64,000 nucleotides of DNA from contig CAVNZM010000003.1 in NCBI GenBank assembly GCA_963693365.1, positions 2,552,587 through 2,616,586 of the forward strand. Reading direction: 5' to 3'. The position numbers and the translations under genes were made by a program. Shown piece after piece: positions 1-37,625 of the stretch. The notes below the pieces were generated by a model. That model did not search any database, had not been told where the DNA came from, and saw nothing but the letters and a program-made list of their open reading frames with translations. Numbering within the stretch: position 1 is the stretch's first letter; every line of letters begins with the position of its first letter. Source of the DNA: Amoebidium appalachense (Eukaryota > Protista > Ichthyosporea).

Positions 1-64
<64 letters not shown>

Positions 65-723
65 CGCGCGCGTGCGCGCTAAGGGGTTGTGGTGGGGGTG
101 GTGGTGGTGGTGGTAGGGGAGGGGGGGCTGCGTGTGTGGGCGGGGGGAAGGGGGGGGGGGGGGGGGGGGGGGGGGTCTGTGTGAGTACATGTGAATGAGT
201 GTGTCTGAGTGAGTGAGTAGGTGGGTGAGTGGGTGTGGGTGTGTATATGTGCGCGTGTGCGAGCTTGCATATATCTGTTTGTGTGTACGTGTGTATTTGG
301 GTGTGGGTATGTACATGTCGCATGTGTGTGTGTGTGGGGGGGGGGGGGGGGGGGGGGGGGGGGAAGGGGGCAGGTAGGTACTAGTGGTCCCGGAAGCCGG
401 AGGGGGGGGGGGGGGGGGAGGGGGGATGGGGGAAAAGATAGGCAAGGGCAGGAGGAACACGGGAGGGAACGACTGATGCCCATGTGGTTGAAAGGAGGCG
501 GGAATGAGAAAAGAAAAGGGTAGGGAGAAATAGAGAAAGATGCAGGCAAACAGAAAAGGGAAATTTATCATATGCAAAATGTCGTCGATGATATTTTAAA
601 GACCTTAGACTGTTAAAAACACACCAGCAGTCAGGGAGGGAGGGAGGGAGGGAGGGGAGAGGGGGGACGGGGGGGGGGGGGGGATAACTTCCAAAAAAGC
701 TAAAAACCCAAATAAGGAAATAC

Positions 724-5763
<5,040 letters not shown>

Positions 5764-6005
5764 GCCAAAGTAAGTGGTCAATCTAGCCTTACAAGCATGC
5801 ATTCTTCCTGTGTATACGTAGTAATGCCACTGATGTGTTCACTAGCCTCTGGATATAGCACTGGCTGTGAAACATACGGATATGTTCAACAAAATGACAA
5901 TGTGCTTGTGTAGTGGTGGGGAAGCGGCTGCATGGTGGGATTGTGGGTGGGAGTTGGGTAGAGTGGGGTGGAGGTGGGGTTGTACATGTGAGACGGGTGT
6001 GGGGT

Positions 6006-6176
<171 letters not shown>

Positions 6177-8447
6177 TGTGTGTATATGTGTGTTTTGTGG
6201 GTGAGTGGGTGGGTGTGAGGTGGGAGGGAAAGGGGGGGGGGGAAGGGGGATGCGTTTCAATGCATCATGAGCCTCACAACTTCCTATCGTTCTTGTGAAT
6301 GAAGAAACCAGCACATTCTGCTTCTCTTTCTATTTTAATTAATCCTTCTCTTCTAAAGCTTTCTGCTTCCCCCCCCCCCCCCCCCCCCCTCTACATCCCC
6401 TTAATCGAACGTGTTTCTTACCTGCAGTCCCTTAACTAGCTCCCGTTGGAAGTTTCCGTTCCTGGGCGACTTAGCGAATTCCACACCACAACGCGGGTCG
6501 TGTTCGTTGCTGTTTCATACTTGACCTCCCCTGTGTCGTTAACAAAGGTTTTCCAGAAATTCCGAGAAGCAACAACATACTTGAAGACATTGTCTCAAAG
6601 TGGTCTTAGCAGTGGTGCCAATCGTTTCTCCTATCAAAATCCCGGAAGAGTCTATGCCGTGCACCTCAGGAACAAGGTCGTTGCAGCACTGGTGGTTTGC
6701 ACACAGTGAATTTGCGTGTCACTGCCAGTCATCGTTACTCACAACTGTGTTTATGTAGGGCTGTGCACATGCAAGTTGTGTGCACAGTGCGCCAAGAAAG
6801 AGAAGAAAAAGGAGGGCTATATCAAAGGCATGTGGCCTGTAGATACTGGTAGTAGAGCCCATGTCTGCTTCATGCAAATGCCCGTGTGAGTTGGGGGGAT
6901 AACGACGTTGACGTTGTTATTGAGCAAGTTTTCAGCATGAGCCAAACGTCTATGAGTGCTCCATTCCTGTAGAACCCTTCTTAGAGCTCTCTTAACTTCT
7001 ATTCAGAATCTTTTTGTGATTTTTTGTGACCCCTAGCTAGTTGGGGCCGCTGGTATTATGGGCGTGTTAAAACGTCTAGGTGCATGTGCAGGTGGGTATA
7101 ATTAAATGCTAATGATGTAATCTAGTATTTGTTGCCAAACTCTGACTCCCTGTCTGAGCTCGAGGTTGTTCGTGTATGTGTGTATCAAACCTGCTGCACT
7201 GGCACTGTTTCAAAGAAGAATACTATACCTCAGCCTACAGCACTAATATTTTTCAAAAGTGTATCTGCAACGACTAGGCCGGACGCACTACAAATAAAGT
7301 ATGTCGTTTCTTTGTGCCGCCATGAAACGACGTCTGAAGTCGGCGATGGCCAAAACGGCCAAAAAAATGTCGAATAGATCTATTGGAGATTTGAAAAGTG
7401 CAGTGGTGCTGCTTTAGCCAATAGAAATCGTTCTAAGCATCTGCTCGCATTCCTGGCATACCACCGTGTCAGCATTGGTCTTCAGCCACGGCCATCTACA
7501 TGTAGAAACACCTTTCTAGATGGCCGTGGTCTCAGCTCACCGCCAGCCCTTGCGCACCAGCCAAGCAATAACACGATCGTCATTTTGAATCTCCCTCCGA
7601 GTCCCTCGAACCGCGGCGCCAGTCTCGCTCTACAACCAATCTTCTAGAGGATTCTTGAAGCTGAGAAGTCCACCAGGTTCTAGCGAAGTCTAGAGGAATC
7701 CAGAACTGCCGAGAAGAATCTAGTAGCATCTACAAAGACGCTTGGTTGGACTTCCCGCAAGCAGATTCCCAGGCACGATCACCGTCAGCCGTTTACGCCA
7801 ATCGCGTGCCGATATTAAAAACTTTAAGTCCCACAAGCGGAACGGATCCAAAAGCAATCATGGAGTGTGTACACGGCGTATGTAATCTGATCGGTGTGCT
7901 TCAGTCAATTCGCCGGGTACATACCGTTTGAAAGATCAGACAGACAGACAGACAGACAAAGCACGTGCTCAGGCCTCGGTTCCGCCCAAGGGCCTCGAGG
8001 GGGAAGTAGGGATCTACGCTCAACCGCTCCGAGCCTACCTGATGAACCGTTGGCAACTTGGCAGAGGCCTCCTACTCTGACAGCTGAACCCCCCCCCCCC
8101 GGCTCCTCCCCCAGCCCCTCCCCTAACTCGTCCCCCCCCTTGCCTCTCCAGCTCCCCCCCATCGCCCTCGAGCTCCGGCCACCATACACACACGTACATA
8201 AACACACACACCTTATCATGAGAGAGGGCCCTGCGGCGAGACTCTGCTTCACCTCGCAACCGCCCCCCACCTTTGGATTCTCCTCTTTCCCCCGGTCCGA
8301 ATGGCGTTCCGGACGTCCCTCCTGAACGTTTGCAAGATTTAGCTCTAGCGCATATTCCTGGCACCTTTTCACTCTCGATGTAACCCTGTTTTTCATATGA
8401 ATTCTGCCCGGAGGCCGATCGCCGCAATTGCATGGTTTCTTCCTGAA

Positions 8448-8498
<51 letters not shown>

Positions 8499-9557
8499 TC
8501 CTGGTTTCGGAATGGCCGTGTGCGTTGGGGGGACCCGGGGAGTGGTGGGCGGCGGGGGCCCGGGGGGAGCCGGGGGGAGGGGGGAGGGGGCGGGAGGGAG
8601 GGGAGGCCTGGGGGGGCCCGGGGGGAGAGGGGGAGGGGGGAGGGGCAGGTTTGCCGACGGTATTTGCACGTATCATGTGTTTTATACTAGAATATTATAG
8701 GTAGTAAGGGGACAAGTGAGAAACAGACGTATGTATAGGCAAGGCTACGTGCATGACTGAAAGGCGCCTCTAGATTTGGAGGGAATTCGACGGGGTGGGT
8801 TTCAGGGGGGGGGGGGGGGGGGGGGTGGATCTGCATGTTAAAGTATATAGAAGATTTCCAAGGGCCCTGAAGTGTGGCAAGGAGTAGCCGAACTCCAGCA
8901 ACGGTAATGGATATGCAGGATATGGTTTAAGTGAGTACATACAGGTTTTTGAAACGTTCCATGTGAAAGAAGCTCAAAGTTAGTTGTGAAGGGGAAGGGC
9001 CACTTCCGTGGTATCTAGAACATGTGGTGCAACCCAGAAAAGAAAACCAATTCACAAGAGGCTGCATTGACAGAAAGCAGAAAACCCAAAGGGTAAAAGG
9101 AAATGAGGGAGGAAAAAAGGGAAAAGGCGTACGGAGTGTTGAAGGGTTGGGCTACAACTCAAACGGGTGATTTTTTCGGCAAAATCATCTCCGCGTGCAG
9201 GTCCAGTGATTCGCTGATGCATTTCAATTCCAATAATTCCAAACACTTAGATTGGTTGCTAGCCAAACATTTATCTATATAAGGTTATTGCCCACGGTTC
9301 TATTTTGATCCCTCCGTGTGGTTGGATCAACACGCACCCTGTGGATATGTAAATCACGCAGGCATGTTGGCGTTCCAGAATGATGTAAGCATTTTCTGAA
9401 GGTGACATAACTCACTCGCGAACCCGCCCCCATTGTGTATGAAGTCGTATGCAGTTTTTCTCCGGAGTATGTAACATTCAGATTTGGAGCCATTATTTAT
9501 ATTTTCTAGTAACAAGGGTGACAGTTTTAGAGAGTGTGTTATAAAGCAACATAGAAA

Positions 9558-10121
9558 ATGGAGGCCGCTCAAGCACCCGCGCAACCCAAGCAATTCTCCA
9601 ACCCATGGATTGTGAGCGCCTGGGCCACACTAAGCACCATCGGTAGGTGCCTATGGATTTGCGCTTCTCGTTTGCTGACATATACCCACTGTTTCCTGCG
9701 TTCGTGCGTGTGCGTGTGCGTGTGCGTGTGCGTGTGCGTGTGCGTGTGCGTGTGGACCCTTGTGTGCTAGTGTTCTGTGCATGTGTACTTGCATGTCTGT
9801 GTGTGTTGTGTTTCATCTTGTGTGTGCTGCCAGGTGTGCCTACGGGATTGCATGTGCTTGTATTGAAGTACACACCCTCTTTTCAGACTTCCCCGCGTGT
9901 TCTTCGTTCCCATTATTTTTTTCCACTCTATGTTCATGTCTGCTTGAAGAACTGTACATTTCTTCATCCTGGATAGGCTCGAGGACTTGTCTTACTCTCT
10001 TGCATGCATGTCTCTTGCATGCACGCATGCATGAATTGCTTGCATGTCTCTTGCATGCACTTTCTCAGCTGAAAACTAAATTTCCGAAATGGGAAGGGAC
10101 CGTTCTCCCCCCCCCCCCCCC

Positions 10122-10152
<31 letters not shown>

Positions 10153-10672
10153 TTCCCCCATGTCCCCCCACTCGGGCGCGTCTTCTCAACACAAACGCTC
10201 TCTTATGCACATGTGTGCGCGCACACACATACACACACGTGCAGGTAGGGTTGGGAAGGGTGAACGACGTTTCTCTTATGACGCCTGTGCTTGACAATGG
10301 TTTGGGAGGAATAGAGAATGAAGGTGCTTTTGTTTTTTTGTGGGTATGTGGAGTTTTTTTTTGTATATATGTGTGTGCGTTTTGGAGGGGGGAGAAAGGG
10401 GGGGGGGGGGGGGGAGGGAGGGGGGGAAGGGTCTCAACTGCTCTACTACGGAAAATGTGAATTTTCCCTTCTCGGTGTTCAGGAAGTGCCGGTTTTTTGC
10501 CTTGCATAGGAGAGACCCCACGTTGCACTCTTTCGCCTGCTGATGTTTATGGCCTCACACAGGGCTGCTTCTGTGTGGCATCTTCACGATTCTTTCGTTT
10601 AGCCCAACGTGTTGGTTTGTCGGCATCTACACCATGTAGGTTCCCCCCTCGGTCCCAGGACTATCTCCACCG

Positions 10673-10728
<56 letters not shown>

Positions 10729-11477
10729 ACACACACACACACTCACACACACACACACACATACACAAATACGTACAAACACACGTACAAACACAGGCAC
10801 AATACATACACATTTAGCACAAACCAGTCACTACCATCAACCATCATCACAACACAAGCAACCACCGATGAGCCACACCAGCTGAACACTTAAACGTAAA
10901 GAGGCACAGCGTACAAACACAGGCACCGGAACATGCATGCAGACGTGTGGCTGTGGGCCCCCCTCCTCTCCCTTCCTCCCCCCTTCCTCCCCTCTCCCCC
11001 CCCCCCCCCCCCCGGATGATTTTTTCGGTTTCGTCTGTTGTGTTTTTGCTTACCTGGGTGCCACTCTCCCATGCACACATATCCCCCCCTCCCCCCCCCC
11101 CCCCCCCCCCCTCCCCTTCCACTCTCTCTTCTCTCCCCCCCCTTCCCCCCCCCCCCCCCCCCAACACGCACACACACACTCCCCCCTGCCCCCCCACCCC
11201 ACCACCACCACCACCACCCTCCCCCCCACCTCCCTCCTCCTAAGTGATTGGCTCTACTTTTGATGTATACAGTTTTTGTTGTGTTGTGTTGTCCGTCTCG
11301 AAACGGCATTTCGTATTCCGTGATGTTTTAAATTTTCCAAACTCCCACTCCCATTTCTCTGCACACACACGCACACACATGGCCATGCACACAGAAACAC
11401 ACAATTACCCACACCCACGTTCACCACCCACACACACTCGATTGCTTGTGCGCGCCCGTGCGAACCCTCACACACTC

Positions 11478-11562
<85 letters not shown>

Positions 11563-13300
11563 ACACACGTGCTTCTTGTGTGCAAGTTTCTTGGGGTGTG
11601 TCTGGGTTATGTCAACGTTTTGTTTTTTGTTTTTATCTGTGGCCATAACTTCTTCCCTTTACCTCCCTTCTTTTTTTTTCCATTGTTGATTTCTCTTCAC
11701 CCTCGAATGCGCATCCCCCCCCCCCCCCCCCCCCCCCCCCCCATCATTCCATCTTCCCTTTATCTCCTCCCTCCCCCCCCCTCCCCCCCCCCCCCCCCCC
11801 CCCTCTCCAATGTACACAATCCCCCCGTCTCTCTCTCTCTCTCCCCCCCCCCCCCCCCCCCCCCCCTCTTTTGCCTGCTATGCTCGAGTGGTAAAACTCG
11901 ACTCCCGCTGTGTAGTTAGAAGCGTAGACACCCCCCCCCCCCCCCCCCCCCCCCGATCATTCCATCTTCCCTTTATCTCCCTCCCTCCCCCTCCCCCCCC
12001 CCCCCCTCCCCCCCCCCCCCCCCTCTCCAATGTACACAATCCCCCCGTCTCTCTCTCTCCCCCCCCCCCCCCCCCCCCTCTTTTGCCTGCTATGCTCGAG
12101 TGGTAAAACTCGACTCCCGCTGTGTAGTTAGAAGCGTAGACACCCCCCCCCCCCCCCCCCCCCCCCCCCCGAATGAGGGCCTACGACGGCCAAGTATCAC
12201 CTGCCTACATGTCCTGGTTCTTTCTGCATTTTTCTTCTTTGTGCTTTTTTCCTCAGTGTTTTTGCTTCTGTGATTGCTACCTTTCGATGCATACCCCCCC
12301 CCCCCCCCCCCCCCCCCCCCTTTCGCATATACTACATTTCCCCTGCCCCCTCCCTCTCCCCCGGCCCGCCGGAGGATGGGCTCTGCTTTATTGTGCATGA
12401 TTTTTTCATGTGTGGTTTGCACCTTGCATTATTATGTCCGTTAGGAATGTGTCCCTCGTACTCTATGACACCTTCTAACCACTCCCCCCGCCCTCCCTTC
12501 CCCTTACTTTGCCCCCTGACTTCCTCCCCCCTCCACCCTTAAGGACGGGCTCTTTCTAAGAAGTACCACACTCTTTGTGTGCGTTGCAAAATGTTTATGT
12601 TGTCCGTCGTGGATGTATCTCGGACTTTATAACACCTTCTAACCCTACCTTCCCCCCTCCCCCCCCCCAGCCCCGTCTCCTGAGTTCCTATCTATATTTT
12701 TCTTGCTTCTGCTTACTGCTGCAACTTTAACCCCCGGCCTTTCCCACTGCCCTTGCCTGCATAAGCAACCCTGCTCGTCTCTGATCAAGACGGGTGACCT
12801 ACTCATGTTCAAGTGAAACAGTATCTGAGTTGGGTTTCGTTAACGAGGGGAATAGGTCGAAACTCGGGTACTGTGGATGACGTGGGCCCCCCCTGAGGAT
12901 GGGCTCTGCTTATTATGCATACTCTTTATGTATGGCTTGCATTCTGCATCGTGTTATCCGTTTGTTCTTGTGTACTTCGTACTTTTTGACGCTTTCAAAA
13001 CCCCCCCCCCCCCCCCCCCCCCGCTAACTCATTCTACCCCCCTCCCCCTTTCCCCTCCTAATTCCTCATACTCTGCAAACACATTGTAACCCGGCCTCCC
13101 TCCCCCTCGCCCCCTTCGCCTTTCCCCTACAACTCATTCCAACCCCCCCCCCCGCCCCCCTCCCTCTCCTCTCCCCCTTCCCCCCCTCCCCCTTACTTCG
13201 TACTCTTTCAACACATTCTAACCTCTCCCCCTCGCCCCCTCTCAAACTCAATCTAACCCCCCCCCCCCCCCCCCCCCCCCTTCTCCTCCCCTCCCCCCCC

Positions 13301-13333
<33 letters not shown>

Positions 13334-13656
13334 TGTGCAGCTGTGTAGCCATCGTGACAGCTGTGATGGAGGCACCCCTCATCTGGCGGCTGACCCCCCT
13401 CACGCAGAAGCTCAACGGCATGACGGCAAACCTCAAATACTGGCACAAGGGCCTCATGTACTTCATGTAGGTCCTTTCTCGCTCTTTCTGGTCCCTTCTG
13501 TTTCTTTCGGGTCTTTTCTGGGCTATTTCCACTGTCGTTCTCCTCGTCCTCCCCCCCCCCCCCCCCCCCCCCCAGCCCCCCAACACACACATACACACAA
13601 AGACGCACACACACAATCACATACACACATAGATGCATTCACATACACACACATAC

Positions 13657-13732
<76 letters not shown>

Positions 13733-14394
13733 ATTTTTTGTCGTGCCTCATTTGCCTCTTCTCCCCCCCCCCCCCCCCCCCCCCCCTTCCCCCGGCCAAA
13801 CACACACACACACACACACACGCACTTACACACACCCCTCCCCCTCCCACGCCGTGCCCTTGAGGCCTTCTAAAGATAGGTTCTATTTATGTTGGCTGCT
13901 TGCGTGTATGCTTTTGTTTACCATTATATGCATCCTACTCCATGTTTCTCGTCGTGTAGCTGTACTTCTTTCGTACCGTGTTCCACGTTCTAACCCCCCC
14001 CCCCCCCCAAACTCACTTCCCCATATCGAGGGCCTTGTAACAAGGGTGGATTCCTGGTGTTGCTAATCTATTCTGTACCTGCAGAGCATCTTCTCCCCTC
14101 ATTGTGTTTATGGTGATGCTTATTTATGCCACTGTGCCTTTATGTGAGAGTGTAAAGGCATTACCATCTACCACTTCTCCCCCCCCCCCCCCCCCCCCCC
14201 ATACACACACACACACACACACACACACCCATCCAAATATAACCTACCCACACAACATTTGAGCCCGTCGACTTTTCCCATGATCAGCCCCACTTGTTTT
14301 TTTTTTTTTTCGTTTTTTTTTAACCCAATTTTCACCCGCACAATCATGCCTTGTTTTTTTGTCAGAGCAGTAAATCTTGCTGTCTTCCTCCTCC

Positions 14395-14442
<48 letters not shown>

Positions 14443-14628
14443 CCTTTTGCAGGTGTTTGTTTCATTGCATAGCAATGTTTGGCGAGTTTGAACTGCCTTC
14501 CTGTCTGGTTTGCAAACGGGCACTGCTTACCTATGAACCTATGAGGCATCTCGTCTCGTGTCCGTTCTACATGGCGTCATGGTGTTTCCCTTCGTAGCAT
14601 CACTCTCCCCCCTTCCCCTCCCCCACCC

Positions 14629-14664
<36 letters not shown>

Positions 14665-14766
14665 CGGCCCCGGCCCCGGAGTCACACACGCTGGCCCATT
14701 CTAGTATCTGTTCTGGCTAACACCCTCCTCCCCCTATTCCTCCCCCCCCCCACACAACCACCACTA

Positions 14767-14834
<68 letters not shown>

Positions 14835-15314
14835 ATGCACAGACACACATACACATGCACACGCACGCAAACACACACACACACACGTGCATGGTACACC
14901 CACACGTACACACGTACACACGCTCTCCTACACATAATTACACACATGCCCTCCACCCCACTGCCCACACAGACACACAGAGACACCCACACCCCCTCAG
15001 TTCTTTCCTCCCCCTCCCCCCCCTCCCCCCCCCACCACCACCACCACACACACACACACGTACACACACTCGTACGCAGCATGGTGCTTCCCGTCTTTGC
15101 CTGCCTGGGCGTCTCCACGTTCTTTGCCATTGTCCTTATACTCTCCAACGGTGTTGGTTTCTTTGTGCTGGCCATTGGGCCTAAGGGCAGCCACTCACAC
15201 CTGCGCCAGCAAGCGGCCGCGGGGGGTGACGAGCAGAGGGCTGGCTTGATTGATAATGCCGCTGAGCTGGGCAGGGCTTCATTTACGAACCCTGCAACAC
15301 CTGGGAGGGTGTGA
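9558..15314 (+). CDS. Flower/TVP18 (Cg6151-P family)-like small membrane protein, spliced
   Basis: Exon 13341-13466 ([41 protein letters not shown]) joins in phase 2 to last exon 15080-15314 ([37 protein letters not shown]...stop). This matches the Flower/CACFD1 pattern EAP...WQKAVFY..M.V.P...LSALGKKG from recall. Likely first exon 9558-9642; internal 5' exons (~9834, ~10246, ~10545, ~12175) are uncertain. Confidence 0.65.
11743..12143. repeat. Tandem duplication (~210 bp x2) of three short modules separated by poly-C
   Basis: atcattccatcttccctttatctcc / ctctccaatgtacacaatccccccgtctctc / ctcttttgcctgctatgctcgagtggtaaaactcgactcccgctgtgtagttagaagcgtagaca occur in the same order at 11743-11931 and 11956-12143. 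Confidence 0.9.
12372..12645 (+). mobile_element. Two diverged 3'-end fragments of the same element
   Basis: ggaggatgggctctgcttta...gacaccttctaacc (12372-12482) and aaggacgggctct...aacaccttctaaccc (12541-12645), each followed by a C-rich tract. Confidence 0.6.
12670..13000 (+). mobile_element. Poly-C-associated short retroposon-like element, long copy with structured core
   Basis: Near-identical reverse-complement match to 48268-48596. Flanked by C-tracts on both sides. Contains the family motif CCCTGAGGATGGGCTCTGCTTAT. Confidence 0.75.
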
Positions 15315-15365
15315 GTGGGAGAGAGGGCGGGTGTATGGGTGCGGGGAGAGTGGGGGGAGGGAGGG

Positions 15366-15397
<32 letters not shown>

Positions 15398-16042
15398 AGG
15401 TGGGGAGAGGGGGTGATTAAGGTTTGAACTAGCTTGATTAGAGGGGGTGGGGGGGGGGGGGGGATGTAAGGGCGGGGAGGGGAAGAAGGGGGGGGGGGGG
15501 GGGGGGGGGGGTAAAGTGTTTTATGGGTCTACCTTGTGTCACTATGTCCGTGTGTTGTTGGTTCTTGTTGATGTTGTTTGGTGGGGTTTTTTTGACCTTT
15601 TTTTATAACCTGCAGAAACCCAGGCCTGTGTTTTGGGGCCATATGGGTTATCACATACGATTCATTTTGCCAAAAAAAGGTTTTCTAGTCTGGGTGTATA
15701 TCCCGAAATATACACCTGTAATCGTACTATCCAACTCTAGGTTGAGCCACGTGCAGGGATTCGCTCTCGTTCGAAATAAAACGGCCAAATGGCTTTTCGT
15801 TGGAGATATATTGTGCAAGATTGGTTTTGATCCGGTCGAGTTGTGGAATTTGCACCTGTATTGAAATTCAACCCCCCCCCTCTGCTTTTGTGGAGGCATA
15901 GGAATCCCCCTGATGATGGGCTCTGTTCAAGTGTCTTCTGCCTGCACGCTTAATTGTTTTGATTTTGGATTTCCCACGTTTGTGACGTTTTGTTGTTGCT
16001 CTTTGTTGTCTCCTCCATATTTCCAACCCTCTAACGCATACA

Positions 16043-16083
<41 letters not shown>

Positions 16084-16759
16084 TGCCCCCCCTCTCCCCT
16101 CCCCCCACCACCATCACCACCACACACACACACACACACACGTGGGCGTGTACGCACGCAACGCTCGAATACGTTTTCGAATAAGATTTGAGCTAGCTAG
16201 AGTTCGGGAGGGACATGATGCAGGCACTAAATAGGTATGCGGACCATCCAATCAAAAATTTCAGTATTAGTAATACCCAAACTAAAAAAACCTTTCCGGA
16301 AGTTGGCATGGTATACGTACCGGACTACTTTCAATGCATGAACAAAGTGAGGGTAACGAAACGAATAAAAAATCCAATTAGTACATGTAATAGAAAAGGA
16401 ATCTACAAAATCATGGAAGCTTTTATAGAAAAAAGTTTCCAAATAAGCGTATACCAAAAAGCACGTAGGTGTCGGGTACGTGTCGTGGCTCTAAAATGTT
16501 ATACGGAGTGTGCCGTGAGTGAATTGGAAACAAATGAGCAGAGCAATCGCTTTTCCGGTATCAACACCACTACTGATTGCAACCAAGATCTTGAGTAGAA
16601 CACACTTTTAAATAAACTAATTAGGCAAACCGGCAAAACCGTTAGAACATACTCTGATCTTAGTATTTTGTGTGTGTGTTGGTGTGTGTTTTGTGTCACG
16701 GTATGCGTGTGTGTGTGTTGCGGGGGAGGCGGTGGGTGGGTGGGTGGTGGGTGGGGTGT

Positions 16760-16795
<36 letters not shown>

Positions 16796-16796
<1 letters not shown>

Positions 16797-16950
16797 AGCC
16801 GAGCATGTCACGAAGTACAACTGCACGATGACACACACGGTGCAGGACACATGCAAAGGCAAACTACGGTAGGCAACATTCTGATCAAAACACGGCAATA
16901 TGTAACATAAGCAGAGCCCATTCGATTTCTCAAGGGGGACCCATTGGTGG
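16796..16950 (-). mobile_element. Diverged 3'-end fragment of the poly-C-associated element
   Basis: Minus strand reads cccttgagaaatcgaatgggctctgcttat...gtacttcgtg...ctacccccc, between two long plus-strand G-tracts. Confidence 0.6.
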
Positions 16951-16961
16951 TGGATCCCGGA

Positions 16962-17014
<53 letters not shown>

Positions 17015-17493
17015 CACGAGTTGATTGCCCATGTCCTGCGTGGCAAACTTTATTAGTACATAAATGCTACACGACACGGTGGCACGTTCATGCCTGCAAA
17101 TATGTTTCTGTCAATATTAAGTAATACCCAATCCTCCTTCTCCGCCGTAATGAGATTTTGCTACAATAATTTTGTCGTGAATACCAGGGGAATTCTGGCG
17201 GCGGGATGAGGGAGATGCGTGCATATGATTTGCCTGCTTACTACTGAACGGTACACTATACATGTGTCTGTGTGTTTTATGTAAGGTGTTTGAATTGCAG
17301 CATTGTAACTCATTCAAAAAAAGTATATTAAAAAATTAAGAAGGGAAGAATAAAAGAACCAAAAATGAATACTAAAAAACGCCGTGAAAATTAAGTTGCC
17401 CTGGTACAGACTAGCAGCAGAATCAAATCAAAGGCCAAAAGCATTCATAAACTTTCATACGAGTTTCTAACTCTGCCGATTCGTGGGCATTCA

Positions 17494-17580
<87 letters not shown>

Positions 17581-17939
17581 ATGCGAATGCATGCCTGTGG
17601 GTAGGTGGGTGGGTGGGTGGGTGGGTGGGGGGGGGGGGGGGGGGGGGGGGGGAGGTACGGGTGGTGTGTGTGTGTGTGTCTGTATTTCTATGCGCATGTG
17701 CAAGTCCACGGACTTATCTATGCGCCATGTGTGTGTGTATGCGTCACCAATATCTTAATGCCTAAGAGCACATTGTGGTGTTGTCGTAATCACACCGGTG
17801 TTAAGACCATACAACACCAACTTGCACGTCACATGTTCCGTCACCCATCACGCCGCTGATATCAACAAGCACAACAATCTCGTTTTTCCTATATATGGAA
17901 TTGCCTTTTTAGGCATTTCCCATATATGGTGCGTTGCGA

Positions 17940-37625
<19,686 letters not shown>

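Noticed and set aside
6421-6720. Further upstream exon of the unidentified minus-strand gene (strong CAG|GTAAG donor at 6421)
   Set aside because: No minus-strand frame stays open across the block and I could not link its phase to the next exon, so it was left out of the model.
12775-12905. Canonical hammerhead ribozyme (CTGAGGA and GAAAC present)
   Set aside because: I could not assemble stems I-III with a conserved NUH cleavage site in both diverged copies, so it is reported as an unclassified structure.
16215-16598. 127-aa ORF between the Flower-like gene and GUF1
   Set aside because: AT-rich, with no recognisable domain or splice support.
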